A stretch of DNA of 64,000 nt, taken from Bacteroidales bacterium (lineage in GTDB: Bacteria > Bacteroidota > Bacteroidia > Bacteroidales > UBA1715). The notes beneath the pieces were generated by a model. It searched no databases and had not been told where the DNA came from. It saw only the letters and a program-made list of their open reading frames with translations. The position numbers and the translations under genes are program-made. This document shows, one piece after another, positions 39,509-47,339 of this stretch (within the stretch, counting starts at the first letter, position 1; every line of letters starts with the position of its first letter). The stretch lies in the NCBI GenBank assembly GCA_045599365.1, contig JAZRVS010000185.1, positions 43,919-107,918 on the forward strand. Direction: 5' to 3'.

Positions 39509-39601
39509 ATCTTATGTGATGGTTATGTGATTAGAAGTATTAAATATTGTGTAATTAATTGAAAATCAATGATTATTTTATGTGATGGTTATGTGATTAA
39601 G
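39503..39601. repeat. 99-bp direct repeat, copy 2
   Basis: gcataaatcttatgtgatggttatgtgattagaagtattaaatattgtgtaattaattgaaaatcaatgattattttatgtgatggttatgtgattaag. A few substitutions relative to copy 1. Confidence 0.85.
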
Positions 39602-39696
39602 CAAATAAAATTCATTATTTTGTTCTATGGTAGATAACCAAGAATGACAGTTAAGCATAATGGTCAACAAAAACGAAGGAATATTTATTATATACA

Positions 39697-39786
39697 ATGA
39701 CATCGTTTGAAAATATTAAAATTGCAGTAGCTGGCACAGGCTATGTAGGTCTTAGCATCGCTACATTCATTCAAATGAAAATATAA
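39697..39786 (+). pseudogene. ugd: Fossil 5' fragment of UDP-glucose 6-dehydrogenase, copy 2 (29 codons)
   Basis: MTSFENIKIAVAGTGYVGLSIATFIQMKI-stop. Confidence 0.7.
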
Positions 39787-39809
39787 AATTTATCAACCTA
39801 CATCGTGTT

Positions 39810-40025
39810 ATGAATATCAGAGATATATCACAATACATTGTGGCGCTTATAGCTGAATTTGCAAAGCGCTATCAGCTCACAGATCGACAGGCAGCTCGCT
39901 ACCTTAGCCGCTACCATGCTCTTGAAATGTGCCAAAAACACTATGGCTTCATGCACACTCAATCTTTCGAGTCCAATATCGCTGACCTTGCTGCCTATTG
40001 TCAGCGAATGGGTGGACAACTATAG
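39810..40025 (+). CDS. DUF3791-family small protein
   Basis: 71 aa. MNIRDISQYIVALIAEFAKRYQLTDRQAARYLSRYHALEMCQKHYGFMHTQSFE... matches my recollection of DUF3791. Confidence 0.65.
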   Translation: MNIRDISQYIVALIAEFAKRYQLTDRQAARYLSRYHALEMCQKHYGFMHTQSFESNIADLAAYCQRMGGQL

Positions 40026-40039
40026 TACAAATATCAACA

Positions 40040-40519
40040 ATGATACTCTATCACGGATCAAATACAAGCATTGACAACATAGACTTGACTCGATGCAACA
40101 GGTACAAAGACTTCGGACAAGCCTTCTACCTCACTACCGATCTTAAACAAGCAGAGGAGGTTGCTAAGGCAAGGACTGAATTCTTCGGAGGGGAACCAGT
40201 GATCAACACTTACGAGTTTGATGAAACACTACTTACCGATGGCTCTCTCGCCTTTCAGTCCTTCCCATCCTATACTGATGAGTGGACAGAATTCGTCTTT
40301 AATCACCGTGATGAAACCAACGTGCCACCTCACATGCATAATTTTGACATTGTCTATGGACCTATAGCCAACGATCGTGTGGGCATGCAAGTGCGAAACT
40401 ACCGTCAAGGCTACATTACACTCGAAGAATTTCGCAGAAGACTACAATACATGAAAGGCGAAACTTACCAGTATGCCTTCTGCACTACACGTGCCATATC
40501 AAAACTTCGCAAGTTATGA
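40040..40519 (+). CDS. DUF3990-family protein
   Basis: MILYHGSNTSIDNIDLTRCNRYKDFGQAFYLTTDLKQAEE... ATG at 40040 is preferred over the longer ORF-track start. Overlaps the next gene by 4 nt (ATGA). Confidence 0.7.
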   Translation: MILYHGSNTSIDNIDLTRCNRYKDFGQAFYLTTDLKQAEEVAKARTEFFGGEPVINTYEFDETLLTDGSLAFQSFPSYTDEWTEFVFNHRDETNVPPHMHNFDIVYGPIANDRVGMQVRNYRQGYITLEEFRRRLQYMKGETYQYAFCTTRAISKLRKL

Positions 40520-40752
40520 CTATGCATATTTCACTCGAGGAGTTTCGCTTCATGATCGAAGACATTACCTCCGACCTCATACAGATGCTCATCGAGCGCG
40601 AAGGCTACACCCTTCCTCAAGCCGTGGATGCCGTTTATAATTCCGACATCTATGCTGCCTACATCCGTCCTGAAACTGCCCTCTATTACCAGTCATCTAG
40701 TTATATCTACGAGTACCTTCTCCGCGAACTCCGTACCGGCAAACTGCAGTAA
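40516..40752 (+). CDS. Second DUF3791-like small protein
   Basis: 78 aa. ...FMIEDITSDLIQMLIEREGYTLPQAVDAVYNSDIYAAYIRPETALYYQSSSYIYEYL. Translationally coupled to the DUF3990 gene. Confidence 0.6.
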   Translation: MTMHISLEEFRFMIEDITSDLIQMLIEREGYTLPQAVDAVYNSDIYAAYIRPETALYYQSSSYIYEYLLRELRTGKLQ

Positions 40753-40777
40753 AGAATATAAATACACAAAAACATAT

Positions 40778-40924
40778 ATGAACACTTCATTTCAAGATCT
40801 AAAAATCGCAGTAGCTGGTACAGGCTATGTTGGTTTGTCTATAGCAACCTTGCTTGCACAACATCATATGGAGACCCGCAAAATGAACCTTGCTGAATTC
40901 TTGGAGAAGGAGATTGTGAAATAA
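40778..40924 (+). pseudogene. ugd: Fossil 5' fragment of UDP-glucose 6-dehydrogenase, copy 3 (48 codons)
   Basis: MNTSFQDLKIAVAGTGYVGLSIATLLAQHH followed by unrelated residues and a stop. A full-length Ugd would be roughly 400 aa or more. Confidence 0.7.
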
Positions 40925-41005
40925 ATATGATCAAGGGTATAAAATACGAAATTATTATTAAGTATAATGTGCAATAGGTTGATGATAAAAAGATAGTTTA
41001 AATTT

Positions 41006-42202
41006 ATGAATAACAAATTAATCACAGTAACTAGTCCATTACTTCCCAATCTTGATGAGTTCCACGAGATGCTGCAGCAAATCTGGGACTCCAAGTGGAT
41101 TACCAACAACGGTCAGTTTCACAAACAACTGGAAGCTGCTCTTGCGGAGTATCTCAAGGTGCCTTACATCAGCCTCTTCACCAACGGAACCTTGCCTCTG
41201 CTTACGGCTCTTCAGGCACTTAGAATCACTGGCGAAGTAATCACTACACCTTATAGTTTTGTTGCAACGACTCATTCTATCTGGTGGAACGGATGCAAAC
41301 CAGTGTTTGTGGATATTGATCCTAAAACGGGAAATCTTGAACCAAATAAGATTGAGGCTGCCATCACTCCTCGTACCACGGCTATTATGCCTGTTCACTG
41401 CTATGGCAAACCTTGTGACGTGCGCGCCATCAAGGAAATTGCGGACAAATACGGACTGAAAGTCATCTACGATGCAGCTCACGCATTTGCTCTGGAGATT
41501 CCTAAGTATGAGACGGATTATAAAGTTGCATTCGATGAGGCAACTAATGTACTTGCTCCTTCAAAGGCGACAAAACATGTGGAAGTTGAGACTGAGTCAA
41601 TTTTGAACTGGGGTGACATCAGCACTTTGAGCTTCCATGCCACCAAGGTCTATAACACCATCGAAGGTGGTGCAATGATAATGCAAGATGCCGAAACCAA
41701 GAAACGTATCGATTACCTCAAGAACTTTGGCTTTGCAGGTGAGACTACAGTCATTGGTCCTGGTATCAATAGCAAGGTGGATGAGATGCGTGCAGCATAT
41801 GGTCTTCTTAACTTGAAGCAGGTGGATCAGGCAATTGCCAATCGCCAGAAGGTGGCTAATGCCTATCGTGAAGCTCTTAGAGGCATAGAAGGAATCACCT
41901 TCTTCGAGGACATGCCTGGAGTCAAGCACAACTACAGTTACTTCCCTATGTTCATCGATGCAGAGAAATACGGCACAACCCGTGACGAGCTGTACTTCAA
42001 GATGAAAGAGGCGAATGTCCTTGGCAGGCGTTATTTCTATCCTCTTATATCTGAGTTCTCTACTTACAGAGGATTAGAAAGTGCGAATCCTGCGAACTTG
42101 CCTAACGCTCGCAAGATGGCAGATAGTGTAATTTGTCTGCCTATGCATCATGAGCTTTCAGATAACGACATAGAACGTACTCTCGCATTCTTAAAAAAAT
42201 AA
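41006..42202 (+). CDS. DegT/DnrJ/EryC1/StrS-family sugar aminotransferase
   Basis: ...FHKQLEAALAEYLKVPYISLFTNGTLPL..., DAAHAF, SFHATKVYNTIEGGAMI (PLP-lysine region), ...VICLPMHHELS. Carries ~25 extra residues between the DAAH and SFH motifs. Confidence 0.85.
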   Translation: MNNKLITVTSPLLPNLDEFHEMLQQIWDSKWITNNGQFHKQLEAALAEYLKVPYISLFTNGTLPLLTALQALRITGEVITTPYSFVATTHSIWWNGCKPVFVDIDPKTGNLEPNKIEAAITPRTTAIMPVHCYGKPCDVRAIKEIADKYGLKVIYDAAHAFALEIPKYETDYKVAFDEATNVLAPSKATKHVEVETESILNWGDISTLSFHATKVYNTIEGGAMIMQDAETKKRIDYLKNFGFAGETTVIGPGINSKVDEMRAAYGLLNLKQVDQAIANRQKVANAYREALRGIEGITFFEDMPGVKHNYSYFPMFIDAEKYGTTRDELYFKMKEANVLGRRYFYPLISEFSTYRGLESANPANLPNARKMADSVICLPMHHELSDNDIERTLAFLKK

Positions 42203-42220
42203 ATCATAGAACATTAAAGT

Positions 42221-43381
42221 ATGCAAAAGTTTATAGTAAAAAATCTTGGTCCAATACAAAATACGAGTATTGACATAGGCGATTTGACCATCCTCATAGG
42301 AACACAGGCCAGTGGCAAGAGCCTCCTCCTTCAGATGTTTAAGCTTGCCAAGGATCGTAAGTCCATAATGAAACGTCTGGATAATTATGGCTTTATTGTT
42401 AAATCCAATGCTGACAATCTTTTGAACAGATATCTGGGCGATGGTCTGGCTACCATGTGGCAAGACGACACCGAAATAAACGATAATGGCAATCATTATA
42501 CATCAAAGGAATCGCTTATTAAGAATCCGACAAACAGCATTGTCGATAAAGTCTTCTATGTACCGGCACAACGCATCCTTAGCATAGCAGACGGTAGGCC
42601 CAAAAATTTCATGGAATTTGGTGAGAGCGATCCCTATGTTCTGCGTTCCTTCAGCGAAACGCTACGATTGTTTGCGCATGGAGGCATGGGGGGAAGTAAT
42701 GTAATCTATCCACTCAAGAATCGACTGAAGGGTTCTGTTAAGAAGATGTTCAATGAGACAATCTTTCACGATGGTAAGGTTGTAATGGAAGAAATAGCCG
42801 GTCAACGAAAGATAGCCATGGATATCAATGGAATGCGGTTGCCTCTTATGACATGGAGTGCAGGACAAAAGGAGTTTTTGCCATTGCTTATGGCATTCTA
42901 TTGTCTCTCCGGACCTGTTCAAAATGTTATCAACCCACGGCAATATGAATATGTCATCATAGAGGAACCGGAAATGGGCTTACACCCACTCGCTATTCAG
43001 ACTATCATTCTTGAGATTATAGAACTTATTCACAATGGCTACAAGGTAATTGTCAGTACGCATTCACCAGTTCTTCTCGAGTTTGCCTGGGTACTGAGTG
43101 CCCTCAGAGGAATACTGGCCTCAAAGCGCCTTGATGCTCTTTCTGAACTTTTCCGTCTTTCACCACATAGCAATACCAAGGAGATATTAACTGATATCTA
43201 CGAAAAGAATGTCAAAACATATTACTTTTCACGAAAGGAAGACAAAGTCGTATCTACCGATATCTCATCACTTGATGTTATGAGCGACAATGTTGATATT
43301 ACCGAATGGGGTGGATTGACACAGTTTTCTACATTAGCAAATGATGTTGTTTCAAAATATATAGCTAAATATGGCGAATAA
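42221..43381 (+). CDS. ABC-type (AAA_21/AAA_15-like) ATPase, stand-alone, defence-associated class
   Basis: Walker A GTQASGKS, ABC-signature-like WSAGQKE, Walker B YVIIEEPEMGLHP, H-loop VSTHSP. 386 aa with no TM or transporter partner. Confidence 0.8.
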   Translation: MQKFIVKNLGPIQNTSIDIGDLTILIGTQASGKSLLLQMFKLAKDRKSIMKRLDNYGFIVKSNADNLLNRYLGDGLATMWQDDTEINDNGNHYTSKESLIKNPTNSIVDKVFYVPAQRILSIADGRPKNFMEFGESDPYVLRSFSETLRLFAHGGMGGSNVIYPLKNRLKGSVKKMFNETIFHDGKVVMEEIAGQRKIAMDINGMRLPLMTWSAGQKEFLPLLMAFYCLSGPVQNVINPRQYEYVIIEEPEMGLHPLAIQTIILEIIELIHNGYKVIVSTHSPVLLEFAWVLSALRGILASKRLDALSELFRLSPHSNTKEILTDIYEKNVKTYYFSRKEDKVVSTDISSLDVMSDNVDITEWGGLTQFSTLANDVVSKYIAKYGE

Positions 43382-43835
43382 CAAGAAATCTGCATTTCAA
43401 GAAGCAGTAGAAAACACACCTGAAGTGAAGGCTGGATATTGTAGCGGATTAAAGGCAGTAAAGGGTTCCGACCGTTCCAAGATTGTTTCTTCCAAAACCC
43501 TTCTTATTAACGGTAGTCTTGACATAGACTCGTGTGTAAAGGGAATCTATCCAAAGGAAAACAGATGGGATTATGCTATATCCTATAACGATGAAATCAC
43601 CTTTCTTGAGATTCACCCTGCATACGACAAGGAAATCGTGGTCCTGCAGAGAAAGTTGAGTTGGCTGAAGGCATGGCTAAAGTCAAAAGCTCCTCTCATC
43701 AATGCTCTTCCCATGTCTGATAAGCCCTTCTGTTGGGTACCTTCTGGCGAGAATGGATTTTTATCTACATCCGTTTCAAGAAAGAAGATAGCCTTGTTGG
43801 GAATATCCTACGAGAACCGACTGATATTAAGATAG
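43371..43835 (+). CDS. Hypothetical 154-aa protein, translationally coupled partner of the ATPase
   Basis: Its start overlaps the ATPase stop by 11 nt (aaatATGgcgaaTAA). I recognise no family. Possible nuclease-like D...D...ExH spacing (LDIDSC / RWDYAI / FLEIHPA). Confidence 0.55.
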   Translation: MANNKKSAFQEAVENTPEVKAGYCSGLKAVKGSDRSKIVSSKTLLINGSLDIDSCVKGIYPKENRWDYAISYNDEITFLEIHPAYDKEIVVLQRKLSWLKAWLKSKAPLINALPMSDKPFCWVPSGENGFLSTSVSRKKIALLGISYENRLILR

Positions 43836-43846
43836 TAAAAAATAAA

Positions 43847-44026
43847 ATGAATGTGCTCAATAACCCACTCACCTCAGAGTTCTCGACCTACAGAGGATTA
43901 GATTCAGCAAAACCTGAGAATCTCCCGAATGCTCACAAGATGGCGGATAGCGTTATCTGCTTGCCTATGCATCATGAGCTTTCACAGGAAGACATAGAGC
44001 GGATACTGAATTTGATACTTAAGTAA
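43847..44026 (+). pseudogene. Duplicated 3' end of a degT-type aminotransferase gene
   Basis: MNVLNNPLTSEFSTYRGLDSAKPENLPNAHKMADSVICLPMHHELSQEDIERILNLILK parallels the C-terminus of the intact gene (NVLGRRYFYPLISEFSTYRGLESANPANLPNARKMADSVICLPMHHELSDNDIERTLAFLKK, ~42014-42202). Confidence 0.8.
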
Positions 44027-44052
44027 AATGTGAATAAATAAAACTGAATAAA

Positions 44053-44952
44053 ATGAACAAGAACATGCAAGAAACAAGAGATTTCCTCAAGAGCATTGGA
44101 ATGCCAGAAGGAGATCTTTATTCACTTCCTACTTCAGAGAAGCGTTTCCCTGATGGTGGTCAGTACCGCTTCGAGGTTCCTGGAATTCAGGGTCCTGGCC
44201 CTATGAAGGCACTCTTGGAACAACTTGATGAGTATGGCATCCAGATTCATCGCGTAACACAAACAAAGGGTATCATGTTCCTTACCGATGAAGAAATCAA
44301 GCAGATGGTGGCATTGGCAGAGAAGTATCACGTACAGTTGGTACTTGCTTGTGGCCCTCGTGCTACAACCGATACTTCTGCATCAGTAAAGACCGAAGAA
44401 GGCCAGCGTATGGGTTATCGTCTTCGTGGTCAGGAACAGATAGTTCGTGGATTTGAAGAAATCAGACGTGGAGCTCGCCTCGGTGTTCGTGGATTCCTTA
44501 TTTATGATGAGGGTTTGCTTTATGCTCTTAATGAAGCGCGCAAGTCCGGCTTCATACCGGCAGACTGCCACTTCAAGATTTCTGCTCATTCAGGTCACGG
44601 AAATCCGTGTTCCGCCCATGTGCTTGAGTCATTGGGTGCCAACAGCATCAACCCTATTCGCGACATCCAGATTCAGATGCTTGCCGCAATGCGTGCCGCT
44701 ATTGACGTGCCTATCGATCTGCATACCGAGAATCCTAAATCCAGTGGTGGTTTTATCCGTCACTACGAGGTTCCGGAGTTTGTACGTGTAGCTGCTCCTG
44801 TCTATCTGAAGACCGGTGGATCTGTTGCTGCTAATCACAGTTATGATACCACTGAGAAGGAGGCAAAGCAGAGGGCAAAGCAGATTCTGCTGGTAAAGAG
44901 AGTGCTGGACGAGTATTATCCTGATGCAGTTGTGTCTCCAAAATTAAAGTAA
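44053..44952 (+). CDS. Hypothetical enzyme-like protein (family not recognised; alternating pattern suggests a barrel-type fold)
   Basis: 299-aa ORF tightly packed with the downstream genes. No motif I can name. Confidence 0.5.
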   Translation: MNKNMQETRDFLKSIGMPEGDLYSLPTSEKRFPDGGQYRFEVPGIQGPGPMKALLEQLDEYGIQIHRVTQTKGIMFLTDEEIKQMVALAEKYHVQLVLACGPRATTDTSASVKTEEGQRMGYRLRGQEQIVRGFEEIRRGARLGVRGFLIYDEGLLYALNEARKSGFIPADCHFKISAHSGHGNPCSAHVLESLGANSINPIRDIQIQMLAAMRAAIDVPIDLHTENPKSSGGFIRHYEVPEFVRVAAPVYLKTGGSVAANHSYDTTEKEAKQRAKQILLVKRVLDEYYPDAVVSPKLK

Positions 44953-44953
44953 C

Positions 44954-46189
44954 ATGGAAAGCAAACCTGTTGCTGTCGTTCTTGGCGGAACAAGTCCACA
45001 TGTTATCCTTACTCAAAAACTAAAACAAAGAGGGTATTATGTGGTACTTGTAGATTACTTGGATAATCCCCCAGCCAAGAGGGTGGCAGATGAGCACATA
45101 CAGGCAAGTACTCTAGACCAAGAAAAAGTACTTGATATTGCTGGCCATAAGAATGCTTCTTTAGTAATCAGCACATGTATTGACCAGGCTAATAGCGTAT
45201 GTTGCTATGTTGCTGAGAAATTAGGCTTGCCACATCCGTATAGTTATAAAACATCATTAGATGTAACTGACAAGGGCTTGATGAAGAAGATAATGACTGA
45301 TAATGGTATTCCGACTTCTTCATACACATTGTCAGATTCCATTGATAATATTGATTGGAACAAGGTCTTATATCCTGCGGTTGTGAAGCCAGTTGATTGT
45401 AACAGTTCCAAGGGTGTTCGTAGGGTGGATTCTGAAGAAGAAACTAAACTCAGAGTTAAGGAGGCTCTTGAACTTAGCAGAACGCACATGGCGATTATCG
45501 AAGGATTCAACCAAGGCGAAGAGATTCAAGTTGATTGTGTCTCCACTAATGATGGCGTTAAAGTTGTCCTGACTAGACAGAAAAAGAAGATAAAAGGGAA
45601 GTGCAACCAGATGGTTCTTAATTCTACAGGCTCCATTCTCCCTGCTCCTCTCAATGAACAATTGAACAGGCAGGCGCAAGAGATTGCTGAAAAGATTGCA
45701 ACATCATTTGGACTGCACAATACTCCTTTCTTTTATCAGGCAATTGTTACAGACAAAGGGATTCAAGTCCTTGAGTTCGCACCTCGGATAGGAGGCGGAT
45801 TAAGTTACTATGTAATTAAGGAACTTGCTGGATTTGATGTCGTTGAAGCTGCTATTGACTCTTTTATGGGTAATGATATCGTTTTCAATGGAAAGTCTCT
45901 TGACAAGTGTTACTCGACGAATCTGCTATATATGCGTCCTGGGGTTTTTGACCACATAGAAGGACTTAATGAACTCAAAGAACTTGGCGTAGCGACAGAA
46001 GTCTTTGTTATGAAAAACAAAGGAACTGAAGTTGATGGTGATATGAGAAGTTCCAATAGAGTTGCAGCATTTGTGTTGTCTGCAAATAGTTATGATGAAT
46101 TAAAGACTAAGGAAAAGAAAGCAATTGAGAGTGTTGAAATTATAGACGAGGCAGGTGCTCCTCTCTTAAATCGTTCCATTTATGATTAA
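44954..46189 (+). CDS. ATP-grasp ligase (1 of 4)
   Basis: Pre-ATP-grasp Rossmann-like N-terminus (VAVVLGGTSPHVILTQKLKQRGYYVVLVD), then ...DKGLMKKIMTDNGIPT...YPAVVKPVDCNSSKGV.... Confidence 0.8.
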   Translation: MESKPVAVVLGGTSPHVILTQKLKQRGYYVVLVDYLDNPPAKRVADEHIQASTLDQEKVLDIAGHKNASLVISTCIDQANSVCCYVAEKLGLPHPYSYKTSLDVTDKGLMKKIMTDNGIPTSSYTLSDSIDNIDWNKVLYPAVVKPVDCNSSKGVRRVDSEEETKLRVKEALELSRTHMAIIEGFNQGEEIQVDCVSTNDGVKVVLTRQKKKIKGKCNQMVLNSTGSILPAPLNEQLNRQAQEIAEKIATSFGLHNTPFFYQAIVTDKGIQVLEFAPRIGGGLSYYVIKELAGFDVVEAAIDSFMGNDIVFNGKSLDKCYSTNLLYMRPGVFDHIEGLNELKELGVATEVFVMKNKGTEVDGDMRSSNRVAAFVLSANSYDELKTKEKKAIESVEIIDEAGAPLLNRSIYD

Positions 46190-46197
46190 CAATTAAT

Positions 46198-47337
46198 ATG
46201 ATACATCATCAATATAACCCCAGTTACAAGTTTGTTAAGGCACCAGTTGACTTTAACAAATACACAGATCGCGAATTGCTACAATATTGTCTTGGAGCAA
46301 CAATGTATATGCCTGGAACAAAAGATTTTGCACAGGCAGTAATTGACAGGAAGTATCCTGGACTGACCTCTATGGTTATGTGCTTTGAGGATGCTTGTAA
46401 GTTGGAAGACGTTCCTGCTGCCGAACTCAATAGTATCCATGTGCTCGACACCTTGGCTGATGCTGTAGATAACGGCACATTGAAGTATGAGGATATTCCT
46501 CTTATTTTTTTCCGTGTGCGTTCGGTTGAGCAATTCAAACACTTTGCGTCCATGCTCAAGCCTCGTCACATCAAGTTTCTGTGCGGTTTCAATTTTCCCA
46601 AGTTCAACAGCATCACGGCAGCTCCTTATATGGAGCACTTGGTTGAGTTGAATGCAAAGTTCGGTGAGATAATATATGGCATGCCAATCATCGAAGACTC
46701 TCGTGTTGCATACAAAGAGACGCGTCTGCTTGAACTTATGGCCATAAAGAATGTTTGTGACTGCCACAAGAAACTCATTCTAAATGTACGTGTCGGTGGA
46801 ACCGACTTCAGTAGCTGTTTTGGTGTCCGTAGAGGTATCAACTATACTATTTATGACATAATGACCGTAAGTAACTGCCTGATGGATATCCTCAATGTGT
46901 TCACCAGAAACAATGACTATACAGTCAGTGGGCCAGTATGGGAATATTTCAAGGCTAACAAGAGCATGAAGAATATGGAAGAACTGCCTAAGGTTGATCT
47001 TCAGCAAACCCTTCTGAAACGTAAAGCCGTAGTCAACGATGCTGTTGATGGACTGATGCGCGAACTTGTGCTTGATCAGGCAAATGGCTTCATGGGCAAG
47101 ACCTGCATCCATCCGACACACCTTAACTACATTAACGGAATGTTGGCTGTCACGAAAGATGAATACGATGACGCATATCAGATTATGCACACATCAGGTG
47201 GTGTGATAAAGGGCAGCAAGGGCATGAATGAAATTGGACCACACAAGAATTGGGCTCAGCGTATTTTGATGCGTGCCGAAGCTTATGGTGTCATTGAGAA
47301 CGATGCTAGTTATATTGATTTATTTGGAGTAAAATAA
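46198..47337 (+). CDS. HpcH/HpaI aldolase / citrate-lyase beta (CitE)-like family protein
   Basis: ...SMVMCFEDA... and ...GFMGKTCIHPTHL... resemble the CitE/HpcH acidic and IHP motifs. 379 aa with an N-terminal extension. Confidence 0.65.
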   Translation: MIHHQYNPSYKFVKAPVDFNKYTDRELLQYCLGATMYMPGTKDFAQAVIDRKYPGLTSMVMCFEDACKLEDVPAAELNSIHVLDTLADAVDNGTLKYEDIPLIFFRVRSVEQFKHFASMLKPRHIKFLCGFNFPKFNSITAAPYMEHLVELNAKFGEIIYGMPIIEDSRVAYKETRLLELMAIKNVCDCHKKLILNVRVGGTDFSSCFGVRRGINYTIYDIMTVSNCLMDILNVFTRNNDYTVSGPVWEYFKANKSMKNMEELPKVDLQQTLLKRKAVVNDAVDGLMRELVLDQANGFMGKTCIHPTHLNYINGMLAVTKDEYDDAYQIMHTSGGVIKGSKGMNEIGPHKNWAQRILMRAEAYGVIENDASYIDLFGVK

Positions 47338-47339
47338 AA

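Noticed and set aside
37916-39601. Integron-like attC sites bounding a gene cassette
   Set aside because: The internal repeats of the 99-bp unit are direct, not the inverted R/L core pairs of attC. There is no intI-type integrase, no attI and no Pc in the window. The observation is kept as a finding but not called an integron.
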